DNA of 64,000 nucleotides, from positions 2,784,001 through 2,848,000 of the forward strand of contig OZ245365.1 in assembly GCA_965226495.1 (NCBI GenBank), in the 5' to 3' direction. Shown here one piece after another: positions 20,687-30,066 of this stretch (position 1 is the first letter of the stretch; the number at the start of each line of letters is the position of its first letter). A program made the position numbers and the translations under genes. The DNA comes from Candidatus Marinacidobacterales bacterium. GTDB taxonomy: Bacteria; Acidobacteriota; Vicinamibacteria; Marinacidobacterales; DATDRI01. Below the pieces are notes generated by a model. That model was not told the origin of the DNA and did not search any database. It was given only the letters and a program-made list of their open reading frames with translations.

Positions 20687-23600
20687 ATGGAGGAAGTGCA
20701 AGTGATGGCGAAGAAGCTCGAACGAATCCGGAAGCTGCTCAGTCTCTTCATCCTCGTCACCTTCTTTTTGGAGACGACGGTGTTCGCTCAAGTCGCCCTG
20801 GTGCGCTCGGCGTTACCGGTGCGTTCAGTAAGCACCAAACCGATCTATTCGCCAGCCTCTTCGATCCCAACGGTGACGACAGCTCCCTCGACCCTAAGCG
20901 CCAGCACGCTCCCGCCTGCTGCTGCGACACCTGCCGCTCCGTCGACGGTCGTTGCGAGTAGCGCAACACAGCTGACCCTGCCCCCGATCGCCATCGTACG
21001 GCTCAGCCTCTCGAGCGACGACGAGCAAGGCGATCGCGATAGCCAGGCGGCATCAAGCAACGCCGACGGCCGTCGGGTCGCTTTTCAATCCAAGGCCAGC
21101 AACTTGGTGCCGGGCGACACCAACCACAAGCTCGACGTCTTCGTCAGAGACGAGCTGTCCGGCGAAACCTTCCGCGTGAGCGTGGCGAGTGACGGCACCG
21201 AAGCCAATAACGACAGCGAAGCACCCTCCATCAGCGCCGATGGGCGCTATGTGGCTTTCGAATCCAAGGCGTCGAACTTAGTTGCCGGTGACACCCGCGA
21301 CAAGCGGGACATCCATCAGCGCCGACGGCCGCTTCGTGTCGTTCGAATCGAGAGCCACGAATCTCGTTCCCGGCCCGACCAACTCGAAGCAACAGATTTT
21401 CGTCCACGATCGAGACACCGGTGAGACGACCGTGGTTAGTGTCTCCACCGATGGAGTCCTAGGGAACAAAACCAGCAGCGACCCGGCCATCAGCGGAGAC
21501 GGTCGATTCGTAGCCTTTCAATCGAAGGCGAAGAACCTCGTTCTCTTCGATACCAACGACAAACAGGATGTGTTCGTCCACGACCGGCAAATCGGGGAGA
21601 CGACACGGGTAAGCGTCGCCAGCGACGGCAGCGAGGGTGATCGCGGCGGCGAATCCCCGTCCATCAGTTTCGATGGGCGCTTCGTTGCCTTCGCCTCCGA
21701 TTCTAGAAATCTCGTCTTGGGCGACACGAACAAGAAAGACGACGTCTTCGTACACGATCGCGAGACGGGAGAAACGACCCGAGTCAGCATCCATACCGAC
21801 GGCACTGAAGGCAACCGCAATAGCGGGGCGCCGTCTATCAATGCCAGTGGTCGTTTCGTGGCCTTCGAGTCGGACGCCACCAACCTCGTAGACGACGATA
21901 CCAACAAAGACAAAGACGTCTTCGTTCACGATCGAAGCCGTGAGCTGACCATCCGGCTGAGCGTCGGCGAGCATGGTCCGGCCCGTCCGGGAAGCGACGA
22001 CGACAGTAGTGATGACAGCAAGAGTGGCAACAAGAGTCGTGACGGAAAGAGCAAAGATAGTAGCAGCGATGATAGTAGCAGCGGCGACAGCAGTAAGGAC
22101 GATAGCTCCAGCGGTGGTGACAAAAGCAGTGACGATAGCAGCAGCGACGACAGTGGCGATGACAGCAGTAGCGACGACAAGAATCGGGGTGACAGCAGCC
22201 GCCCCTCCATCAGCGCCGACGGCCGGTGCGTCGCATTTCAATCGAAATCCCCGCGGTTGGTGCCGGACGATACCAATCGGCGAGAAGATGTTTTCCAAGC
22301 CAAAGTGGAGCTGAATCGAGATCCGGAGGCCCTGGACGACTCCGTAACCACCGTCCAGGAGACACCGGTCGATATCAACGTCCTTGCGAACGACACCGAT
22401 CCCGACGGCGATACGCTCACCGTCTTGGACGTCAGCGTGCCCGCGAACGGCACGGCCAGTATCAACCCGGACGGCACGGTCCAGTACGTCCCGGACAACG
22501 ACTTTCGTGGCGTGGACACGTTTACCTACACGGTGGGTGATGGTCACGGAGGTACGGATGTCGCGACGGTGACCGTTGACGTGACGCCGCTGAATCAACC
22601 GCCTTCGGTGGATGCCGGGCCGGACCAAACGATCACCTTCCCCACGGATACCCTGACGCTGACGGGAACAGTTACAGACGACGGCCTACCGCCAGGAAGT
22701 GTTTTGACGATTTCATGGACTCAGGTGGACGGGCCGGTGGCCGTCGATTTCGGGAGCCCCGACCAGGCTCAAACCACGGCTCGCTTCAGCGTGGCCGGCG
22801 ACTACATCTTGCGGCTCAGTGGCAGCGACAGTGAGTTCACCGTGAGTGACGACGTCAACGTCCAGGTGCTGCCTCCCGCCACCGTGGAGCTATCGGTGAG
22901 CGATGCCGTCATCGTGGAAGGCAGCGGCGGGATGGCCGAAGCGGTCGTACAGGTCAGCCTTTCGAGCGCCAGCACGTCGATAGTGTCGGTCGATTTCAGC
23001 ACGTTCGACGGAACGGCCCGCTCGAGCTGCGACTACCTGACGCGGTTCGGCACTTTGGAGTTCGACCCGGGAGAAATGACCCAGACCGTCGAGGTGCCCG
23101 TCGTGGGCGACCTGGCGGGTGAGAACGACGAGAACTTCATGCTCGTCATCGGCAATCCGGTCGGAGCCCTCGTCATCGACGCCGAAGGAATCGTGACGGT
23201 CGAAGACGACGACGCGCCTAACAATCCGCCCGCCGCCCCTGCCGGCCGCTCTCCTCCCAATGGCGCGACCGGGATCGGGCTCGATCCGATCCTGTCCTGG
23301 ACTTCGAGCGATCCCGACGGCGACCCCGTGACCCACGACGTCTTCTTTGGAACCACCTTCGATACGGCTGGCCAGAGCTGGTCCGAGCTTTGCGCGGTCA
23401 ACGCCGGTCCGGGACCGCGAGCCGGTGCCGCTTCGGGCTTCGATGAGAACAACGATCGCCTCATCCTCTTTAGTGGTGAAGCGGGACCCAGCATCCATCC
23501 GGAGGACATTTGGATCCTTCAAAACGCCACCGCAACCGGCGGTCCTCCCACTTGGCTCACACTTGCCGCTACCAGCGGCCCGGTGGGAAGGGAGCAAGCG

Positions 23601-23770
23601 GCGAGCACCTACGATGCGGCGACGAATCGCCTCATCTTACACGGCGGATGCGCGGGAGACTGCAGCGTCGCACTTTCCGACACGTGGGTGCTCGAGAACG
23701 CCAACGGACTCGGAGGCGCCCCCGCTTGGGTTCGCCTTCCGGATGCTCCCGTTGCGAGAAGGGGTGCTGC
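20687..23770 (+). pseudogene. Giant modular surface protein, N-terminal part (TolB-like repeats, cadherin-like Ig, PKD, Calx-beta, kelch-like); frameshifting deletion near 21310, truncated at element 1
   Basis: Repeats SISADGRFVAF.S.A.NLV.GDTN..DVFV.DR; NVLANDTDPDGD; NQPPSVDAGPDQ; Calx-beta GTLEFDPGE; YDAATNRLILHGG. Confidence 0.85.
21993..22200 (+). repeat. Asp/Ser-rich low-complexity coding insert (GAY-AGY repeats)
   Basis: DDDSSDDSKS...DSSSDDSSSGDSSKDDSSS...DDSSSDDSGDDSSSDD. Confidence 0.85.
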
Positions 23771-23949
23771 TGTAGGGGCGCAATGGGAGTTGGAGTGGCG
23801 AACGGGAATCGTTTTCCGGTTCATCCCGCCTTCGAGGACTCCTAAATTCTTCGTTTCCGGTACTGTCAACGCCGCACGGAGGGGATCAGGCACACGACAC
23901 CCGTCGAATTCGCCGCGACTCCGGCGAAAAAGCTAAGCAGCTTTGGGAA

Positions 23950-25191
23950 TTAGAACTGGCTGTCCCGATCGAGATAAGCGATCTCAAAAGGAGCACGGAC
24001 GGGTCCTTCTCGAGGCCGTGCTCGAGGAGGATGGACAGCGGTTAGGTGGGCCGGTTCTAGACGGAAGTAGACTTCAGCCGGAGTGGCGCCGGCCAACCCC
24101 TGGTGCGGTCGTAGGTGACTGTAGTAGTGAAGCCCTTGCTCGAGCCTTTGCTGAAGATTGGCTTTGACCAAGGGTTTGAAGGAACGAAGGCTCAAGGTCT
24201 CTTTAAGAGTTCTCCAGAGTCTTTCGATAATCGCGATGGAGCCGTACTGGCCTATGGCACCGAAGCGGTGCCGGATGCCGAGTCGGGGTAGCGTTTTGCG
24301 AAATCGCTTCGCAGTGAACTGCGTTCCTTTATCGGAAACGAAGTTTCTGGGAGTGCCGAACCGTTTCACCGCGGTTCGGAGCAATCGGGTCATGTGTCGA
24401 GCAGAGGGTTCTTTGCGAAAGACCCTGACAACGAGGGGCATGCGGGAGAAGACATCGAGGACAACGACCAGCTTGAAGGAGAAGAGTCGAAAGAGACTTG
24501 GGATGGTGGTGATGTCTGCCATCCAGATGTGGTTGGGGTGGCGAGCCCGGAGACGTGGGCCGCGCGTTGTTGCTGGGAGTGGGGACTTGGGCGGCTTTTC
24601 TTTCAGCATTCTCCCGACGGTTCTCTTGGAGATCTTCCAACCGACCCGAGCGAGGGTTTGGGCGATGGTTTCACAGCCACCGAAGCCGACGAGGCGCATG
24701 GTGTGGACGAGCTGGCGGACGACATCAGCAAAGCGCCGGACGGGAGGATTGGGTTTGACGAGCGAGCCCACCGTGTCGTCTCCGGGATTTGTCGCCACTT
24801 CCTGTTCCCATCGCGCCACGGTGTTTTTCGAGATGGCAAAGAGCTGGGCGGTTTCTTTCTGGGAAAGAGCCATCAGGGACTTGAGCTCGAGGATCTGAAA
24901 TCGCTGGTGGGGGGTGTAATGAGGACGGCGCCTTTCGGGAATCTTTTGCCAGCGCTTGGCCAGAAGCTGGGCGACGGCTTGGAAATGGCGCGCCTCCATG
25001 GCCAACACCCGCAAGTCGGCGAAGGCGATTTGAAGGGGCTCCCCGGAGTTTCTGTATTGGGCGAGCTGGGACCCACTGACGAGCCCAAAGAGTCGGGTGG
25101 CTTTGATCAGGGCGCGTAGGGCATCGGCGTCGCGATCGGAGTGATTCGCAAGCGAGACGAGAAGGCGTTCGGCGTCAGAGCTCCCCTTCAT
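23950..25191 (-). CDS. DDE-type integrase/transposase (HTH plus rve core), copy 1
   Basis: HTH SQKETAQLFAISKNTVARW; WMADIT, FVSDKGTQF, IERLWRTLK and RPHQGL; last codons frameshifted relative to copy 2. Confidence 0.9.
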   Translation of the reverse strand: MKGSSDAERLLVSLANHSDRDADALRALIKATRLFGLVSGSQLAQYRNSGEPLQIAFADLRVLAMEARHFQAVAQLLAKRWQKIPERRRPHYTPHQRFQILELKSLMALSQKETAQLFAISKNTVARWEQEVATNPGDDTVGSLVKPNPPVRRFADVVRQLVHTMRLVGFGGCETIAQTLARVGWKISKRTVGRMLKEKPPKSPLPATTRGPRLRARHPNHIWMADITTIPSLFRLFSFKLVVVLDVFSRMPLVVRVFRKEPSARHMTRLLRTAVKRFGTPRNFVSDKGTQFTAKRFRKTLPRLGIRHRFGAIGQYGSIAIIERLWRTLKETLSLRSFKPLVKANLQQRLEQGLHYYSHLRPHQGLAGATPAEVYFRLEPAHLTAVHPPRARPREGPVRAPFEIAYLDRDSQF

Positions 25192-25371
25192 GGTGGACCT
25201 TTCTTCTAACAATGTTGGGGGAGTGGGACTGAGATCAGGATAACACAGGGTGGGCGAGAGACGACGGGCGTTCGAAAAAAGAAGGAGGAGAGCACCGAAG
25301 TCGAGTTTTGAAATGCGCCTTGCGTTACGAGAGGGCAGCCGGCGTGCTGGAAGCGTGGCGGGTTGGAGGAC

Positions 25372-25710
25372 TCAGCCGAGGATGGATTTCAGCGCACCCC
25401 GGAGTTTCTTTTGATCTGGCTCCTCTAGTCGTCCCAGCTTGCGGATGACCAAGCTTTTCTCGATGCTCGCCACCACGGGCTTTATGACCGAAGGCTTGAG
25501 TAGACCCGCCTTCTCCCAGTCGGCGACGGGGACCTCTCCGAAAAGGCCAGCAGGTTTCGCCTGTGAGGTGACGGCCATCAAGATGATATCGGGACGACTG
25601 CGTTGATAGGTTTCTGAGCTAATGACAATGGCGGGCCGCCTCTTTGAGGTCGTTTGGTCGGTAAATGGGAAGGGAACGAGAACTACGTCGCCGAAATCAT
25701 AGCTGATCAT
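25372..25710 (-). CDS. PemK/MazF family toxin
   Basis: GDVVLVPFPFTD..KRRPAIVIS and GLLKPS motifs. Confidence 0.9.
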   Translation of the reverse strand: MISYDFGDVVLVPFPFTDQTTSKRRPAIVISSETYQRSRPDIILMAVTSQAKPAGLFGEVPVADWEKAGLLKPSVIKPVVASIEKSLVIRKLGRLEEPDQKKLRGALKSILG

Positions 25711-25915
25711 AGTCAGCGTCGTCGGGGTTGTCCCAAACTCTTCGGAAGGACTCCTCGGAGAGTCTCGTTGCAGCTCGATTCAGCCGGCGATCTTCTTCCC
25801 GGTGCCGCAGAAAATCCACAAAATCCTCGACCTCGGCAACCTTCTCCGCGGGTAAGCTAAGGATCTTCTCGAGCAACGTTTGTTCAGCCACGACTTTCGT
25901 CTCCTCCTTCACCAA
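25697..25915 (-). CDS. Putative antitoxin (DUF2281-like)
   Basis: LPAEKVAEVEDFVDFL...SEESFRRVWDNPDDADYD; overlaps the toxin start. Confidence 0.8.
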   Translation of the reverse strand: MVKEETKVVAEQTLLEKILSLPAEKVAEVEDFVDFLRHREEDRRLNRAATRLSEESFRRVWDNPDDADYDQL

Positions 25916-26005
25916 TCCACCTTCAATGTATGTTCACACTCACATTTTACCTCGCTAGAGCGGCCTCAGTCGAGTGGCCGGGCAGGTGTTGGGAGGCCTC
26001 ACCCT

Positions 26006-26329
26006 TTCGACTTCGAAGCCGACGGGTTCTCGGAAGTGGTGTATGCGGATGAAAGAAGACTCCGGGTCTTCGACGGCACGAACGGGACGGTGGTCTTCGA
26101 AACAGAGATCGGAAGCGCGACGCGGCTCGAGTACCCGATCATCGCCGACGTGGACGTGGACGGCAAAGCGGAGATCGTGGTGGTGGCGAACGAGTTCAAT
26201 AATCCCACTCCCCTGGCGGGAATCTTCGTCTACGGAACACCTTCCGAAAGGTGGGTGCCCACCCGTAGCATCTGGAACCAACACACCTACCACATCACCA
26301 ACATCAATGAAGACGGAACGGTCCCTCGG
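26006..26329 (+). pseudogene. Orphan fragment of an FG-GAP/VCBS-type domain from a giant surface or Rhs-type protein
   Basis: FDFEADGFSEVVYADE, EYPIIADVDVDGKAEIVV and RSIWNQHTYHITNINEDGTVP. Confidence 0.8.
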
Positions 26330-26493
26330 TACGGGTGGCAATGGGAGTTGGAGCGGGCGGTTTGGGGTCTCACGGCAGAGGAAATGGCCCTTCGAGAGGT
26401 GCTGCGGGACGGCTTGGGAGCTGCTTCGGGCCGCGGTCGTTGGATCTGGACACACGACGACCGTCGAATTCGCACCGAGATTGAGCGGAGAAG

Positions 26494-27765
26494 CTAAGCG
26501 GCTTTGCGAACCAGCACCGGAAGCATCTTGCCTGGATCGAGATAAGCGATCTCAAAGGGTGAATCGACGGGTCCTTCTCGAGCCCGTGCTCGAAGAGGAT
26601 GGACGGCGGCGAGATGGGCAGGTTGTCGACCGAAGTAGATTTCATCGGGAGTGGCACCGCCCAGTCCCTGGTGGGGTCGAAGGTAAGTGTAGTAGTGAAA
26701 CACTTGGTCGAGCCGGCGTTCGAGGTCTCGTTTGGTGAGGGGTTTGAACGAACGTAGGCGCAAGGTGTCTTTGAGGGTTCTCCAGAATCTTTCGATGGTC
26801 GCAATGGAACCGTGCCGACCAATAGCACCGAAGCGCTGCCGGGTGCCGAACCGGCGAAGGGTTTTGCGAAACCGCTTCGCGGTGAACTGGGTCCCCTTGT
26901 CGGAGACGAAGTGTCGGGGCGGGCCGAAACGAAGCGCGGCCCGTTGAATGAGCCGGCCCATTTGGCGGGCAGAGGGTTCTTTCCAGAAGACTTTAGCGAC
27001 AAGGGGCATGCGGGAGAAGACATCGAGTACGACCACGAGCTTGAAGGAAAACAATCGAAAGAGACTCGGGATGGTGGTGATATCGGCCATCCAGATGTGA
27101 TTCGGACGACGAGCCCGAGGAGCTCGACCCGACTTGGCTGTTCTTTCGGGAACGGGGGTTTGGGGAGGTTTTTCTTTGAACATTCTCCCGACGGAGCGTT
27201 TGGAGATCTTCCAACCGGCCCGACCGAGCGTTTGCGCGATCTGCTGGCAGCCACCGAAACCGTTAAGGCGCATGGTGTGGACGAGATGGCGGACGACATC
27301 GGCGTAGCGCCGGACCGGAGGCTGGGGACGGACGAGCGAGCCCACGGTTTCTTGTCCCGGGTGGGCCGCGACTTCCTGCTCCCACCGGGCCACCGTGTTT
27401 CTCGAGATCGCAAAGAGCTGGGCGGTTTCCTTCTGGGAAAGGCCAAGGAGAGACTTGAGCTCGAGGATCTGGAATCGCAGGTGTGGGGTGTAATGAGGCC
27501 GACGTCTTTCCGGAATCTTTTGCCAGCGCTCGGACAGGATTCGGGAGACGGCTTCGTAACACCGTGTCAGGATGGCCAGCCTTCGCACGTCGGCAAAGGC
27601 GATTTGAAGGGGCTCGTCGGAGTTTCTGTACTGGGCGAGCTGGGCTCCACAGGCGAGGCCAAGAAGTCGCGTGGCCTTGATCAGAGCGCGCAGGGCGTCG
27701 GGGTTGAGCTCGGGGTGATTCGCTAGCGTGACGAGAAGGTGTTCGGCGTCAGAACTCCCCTTCAT
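26494..27765 (-). CDS. DDE-type integrase/transposase, copy 2 (intact)
   Basis: Collinear with copy 1; same DDE motifs; ends VLVRKAA. Confidence 0.9.
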   Translation of the reverse strand: MKGSSDAEHLLVTLANHPELNPDALRALIKATRLLGLACGAQLAQYRNSDEPLQIAFADVRRLAILTRCYEAVSRILSERWQKIPERRRPHYTPHLRFQILELKSLLGLSQKETAQLFAISRNTVARWEQEVAAHPGQETVGSLVRPQPPVRRYADVVRHLVHTMRLNGFGGCQQIAQTLGRAGWKISKRSVGRMFKEKPPQTPVPERTAKSGRAPRARRPNHIWMADITTIPSLFRLFSFKLVVVLDVFSRMPLVAKVFWKEPSARQMGRLIQRAALRFGPPRHFVSDKGTQFTAKRFRKTLRRFGTRQRFGAIGRHGSIATIERFWRTLKDTLRLRSFKPLTKRDLERRLDQVFHYYTYLRPHQGLGGATPDEIYFGRQPAHLAAVHPLRARAREGPVDSPFEIAYLDPGKMLPVLVRKAA

Positions 27766-27934
27766 GGTGGACCTTTCCTTTAATAGTGTTGGGGGAGTGG
27801 ACTGAGATCAGGATAACACACGGCGAGTGAAGCCAGACGCCATCCGACGAAAGAAGGCGACAGCTAGGTCGAAGCGCTGTAATCCGCCCTCAGGTCAGGA
27901 GATGGCAACCGCCGGAGCCGTGGCGGTTAGATAC

Positions 27935-28075
27935 TCAGCCCAGGACGGGTTACGGCGCGCGCGGGGTTCTGCTGATCGTGCTCTTCACGTGCTTCCCAGT
28001 TTACGGGGAACCAAGGTTTTCTCGATGCTCGGCGAGAGGGCTGGTTGACGGAAGGCTTGAGCAACCCCTTCCCAC
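27935..28075 (-). pseudogene. Degenerate 3' part of a PemK/MazF toxin gene
   Basis: DNA blocks tcagcc, cccagt, accaagg/cttttctcgatgctcg and gaaggcttgag match 25372-25500, with indels. Confidence 0.7.
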
Positions 28076-28383
28076 TCCTTGCCAAGACTTCATTCGTAAA
28101 GAGCTTGCCCAGGAAGTCAGGTTTTGACCGGTGAGGCGAGTTTGACTTTGAAGCTCCGAAAGTGCATACTTTCTTTGGAGGCTTTGGGGCGGCAACGTCT
28201 CATTGCCCTTTTTTATTAGGGCCTATCCTACCATCCTCTCAGATCGTCGATTACGGCGAAACTCCAGATTACGAAATCAGACGTACCTATCACCTACTGG
28301 CTCGGACCTCCGTGCATGGGTTACGCACGTTTCACTTCGCGCCTGGCCCACGGCGCGATAAAATAGGCTCTTTGGGGCAAGAA

Positions 28384-29979
28384 ATGGCTACGTTCTACCT
28401 GACCACCGCGATCGACTATGTCAACAGCCGCCCACACCTCGGGACGGCCTACGAGAAGATCACAGCCGACGTCATCGCACGTTACAAACGCCTCGCCGGG
28501 GTGGATACCCACTTTCTGATGGGCAACGACGAGCACTCCCTCAACGTATACAAAAAGGCAAGCGAGGAGGGCCTGGAACCCCTGGCCTACTGCGACAAAA
28601 TGGAAAAGGAATTCCGGGACGTTTGGAGGCGCCTGGACATCTCTTACGACGACTTCATTCGTACCACCGAGGAACGACACCGCATCGCGGTCACCACTCT
28701 TCTGGAGCGTATCCGTGACGCCGGGGACGTGTACGACGGGGAGTACGAAGGCTGGTATTGCGTTTCCTGCGAGAGCTTCAAGCAGGAAAAAGACCTAGTC
28801 GATGGAAAGTGTCCGATTCACAACACCGAGCCCAAGTGGATCAAGGAAAAGAACCACTTCTTTCGGCTCTCCAAGTACCAGGAGCCGCTCTTGAAGCACT
28901 ATGCGGAGCATCCCGAGGCCCTCGAGCCCGAGATTCGCCGCAACGAGATTCTTCGCGTCATCGAGGGTGGACTCGATGACATATCGATAAGCCGCGAAAG
29001 CCAGAAATGGGGTATCCCGGTGTCCTTCGACCCGGATAGCGTCGTCTACGTCTGGTTCGATGCGCTCATCAATTACATTTCTGCCGTCGGATTCGGACAA
29101 GACGACAACCTCTTCGCGCGGTGGTGGCCGGCCGATCTCCATGTCATCGGCAAGGACATCACTCGTTTTCACTCCATCATCTGGCCCGCGATGTTGATGA
29201 GCGCCGGTGTACCAGTCCCCAAGCAGGTCTTCGGCCATGGATTCGTTTACTTCAAGGGCGAAAAAATGAGTAAGTCCTTGGGCACCGTCGTCGATCCACT
29301 GGATGCGGCGGATCGGTTCGGGCCTGATCCCCTGAGGCTCTATCTGGTCCGCGAGATCGCGTATGGCCAAGATGGAGACTTTTCCTGGGAGCGGTTTGAA
29401 ACTCGTTACAATGCTGATCTCGCCAACAACCTGGGCAACCTCCTTAGTCGCATCGCCGCGATGTCGCAGAAATATCGCGACGGGGAGCTTGGCTCACCCA
29501 CCGGCTCGCCGGGGCGGCTGGCGAAGATCGCAGAGGAATCGCTTAAAAGTTACCGGGAGGCGATGGATCGCTTCGCTCTGCAGGACGGCGCGGCGGCCGC
29601 TTTCCGCCTCATCGACGCGACCAACGAGTTCATCACCGAACGTCAGCCGTGGACCCTAGCCAAGGAGTCGTCGAAGGAAGAAGAGCTTCGCCAGGTCCTT
29701 TACGCGTCCGCAGAGGCGCTTCGCATCGCAGCGACTCTGTTGTTCCCGGTGATGCCAACTTCGTGTGCGGCGATCTTGAGTAGATTGGGGATCGCCAAGC
29801 CTGCAGCCGAGCTACGCCTCGATACCGACGCCACCTGGGGCAGCGCCGGCACGCTTACGACCAGGAAGGGAGAACCGCTCTGGCCACGATTAGAAACCAG
29901 CAGCCCTGAGCCCACGCGGAGTCGCCCGCCGGCCGCGGCGAGCCTGCCGAGCGGAGGCCAGCGGCCGAACGAGGAGTGA
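28384..29979 (+). CDS. metG: Methionyl-tRNA synthetase (short form, no C-terminal OB domain)
   Basis: FYLTTAIDY, HLGT (HIGH-like), CxxC knuckle, YVWFDAL, GKDI and KMSKS. Confidence 0.95.
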   Translation: MATFYLTTAIDYVNSRPHLGTAYEKITADVIARYKRLAGVDTHFLMGNDEHSLNVYKKASEEGLEPLAYCDKMEKEFRDVWRRLDISYDDFIRTTEERHRIAVTTLLERIRDAGDVYDGEYEGWYCVSCESFKQEKDLVDGKCPIHNTEPKWIKEKNHFFRLSKYQEPLLKHYAEHPEALEPEIRRNEILRVIEGGLDDISISRESQKWGIPVSFDPDSVVYVWFDALINYISAVGFGQDDNLFARWWPADLHVIGKDITRFHSIIWPAMLMSAGVPVPKQVFGHGFVYFKGEKMSKSLGTVVDPLDAADRFGPDPLRLYLVREIAYGQDGDFSWERFETRYNADLANNLGNLLSRIAAMSQKYRDGELGSPTGSPGRLAKIAEESLKSYREAMDRFALQDGAAAAFRLIDATNEFITERQPWTLAKESSKEEELRQVLYASAEALRIAATLLFPVMPTSCAAILSRLGIAKPAAELRLDTDATWGSAGTLTTRKGEPLWPRLETSSPEPTRSRPPAAASLPSGGQRPNEE

Positions 29980-30045
29980 GGCCGCAAGTTAGCGTAGCCG
30001 ACGGAGCGTGAGGCGTTGGGGGTGGGGCCCCAACGCCAGCAATGA
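29905..30045. repeat. REP-like element overlapping the metG 3' end
   Basis: Hairpin ggcgttggg-ggtggggc-cccaacgcc preceded by a GC-rich gcgagc/cgagcg tract. Confidence 0.55.
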
Positions 30046-30066
30046 AAGTCCCACAACAGGAGGACC

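Larger units (their letters stand above)
23771..25990 (-). mobile_element. Element 1: DDE integrase-core IS (IS481/IS3-like) with adjacent toxin-antitoxin pair; distal end unresolved
   Basis: Host gene breaks at TGTAGGGGCGCAATGGGAGTTGGAG; transposase and TA follow; host-like sequence resumes near 26006. Confidence 0.65.
26328..28210 (-). mobile_element. Element 2: sibling DDE integrase-core IS with a decayed toxin remnant
   Basis: Begins GGTACGGGTGGCAATGGGAGTTGGAG; same layout as element 1. Confidence 0.65.

Noticed and set aside
21000-22320. TolB-like coding repeats as a DGR template/variable pair
   Set aside because: Divergence is codon-level rather than adenine-specific, and there is no reverse transcriptase
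21459-22628. Long antisense ORFs (also 34809-36137, 42362-43243 and 26812-27726)
   Set aside because: Shadow frames of well-supported genes, expected in GC-rich DNA
23771-23800. CAA-TGGGAG-TTG as a dif/Xer or attC site
   Set aside because: Arms do not match XerC/XerD boxes, there is no long attC palindrome, and the adjacent enzyme is DDE-type rather than a tyrosine recombinase
28384-29979. metG as a truncated pseudogene
   Set aside because: Catalytic and anticodon-binding domains are complete, and short MetRS forms are common
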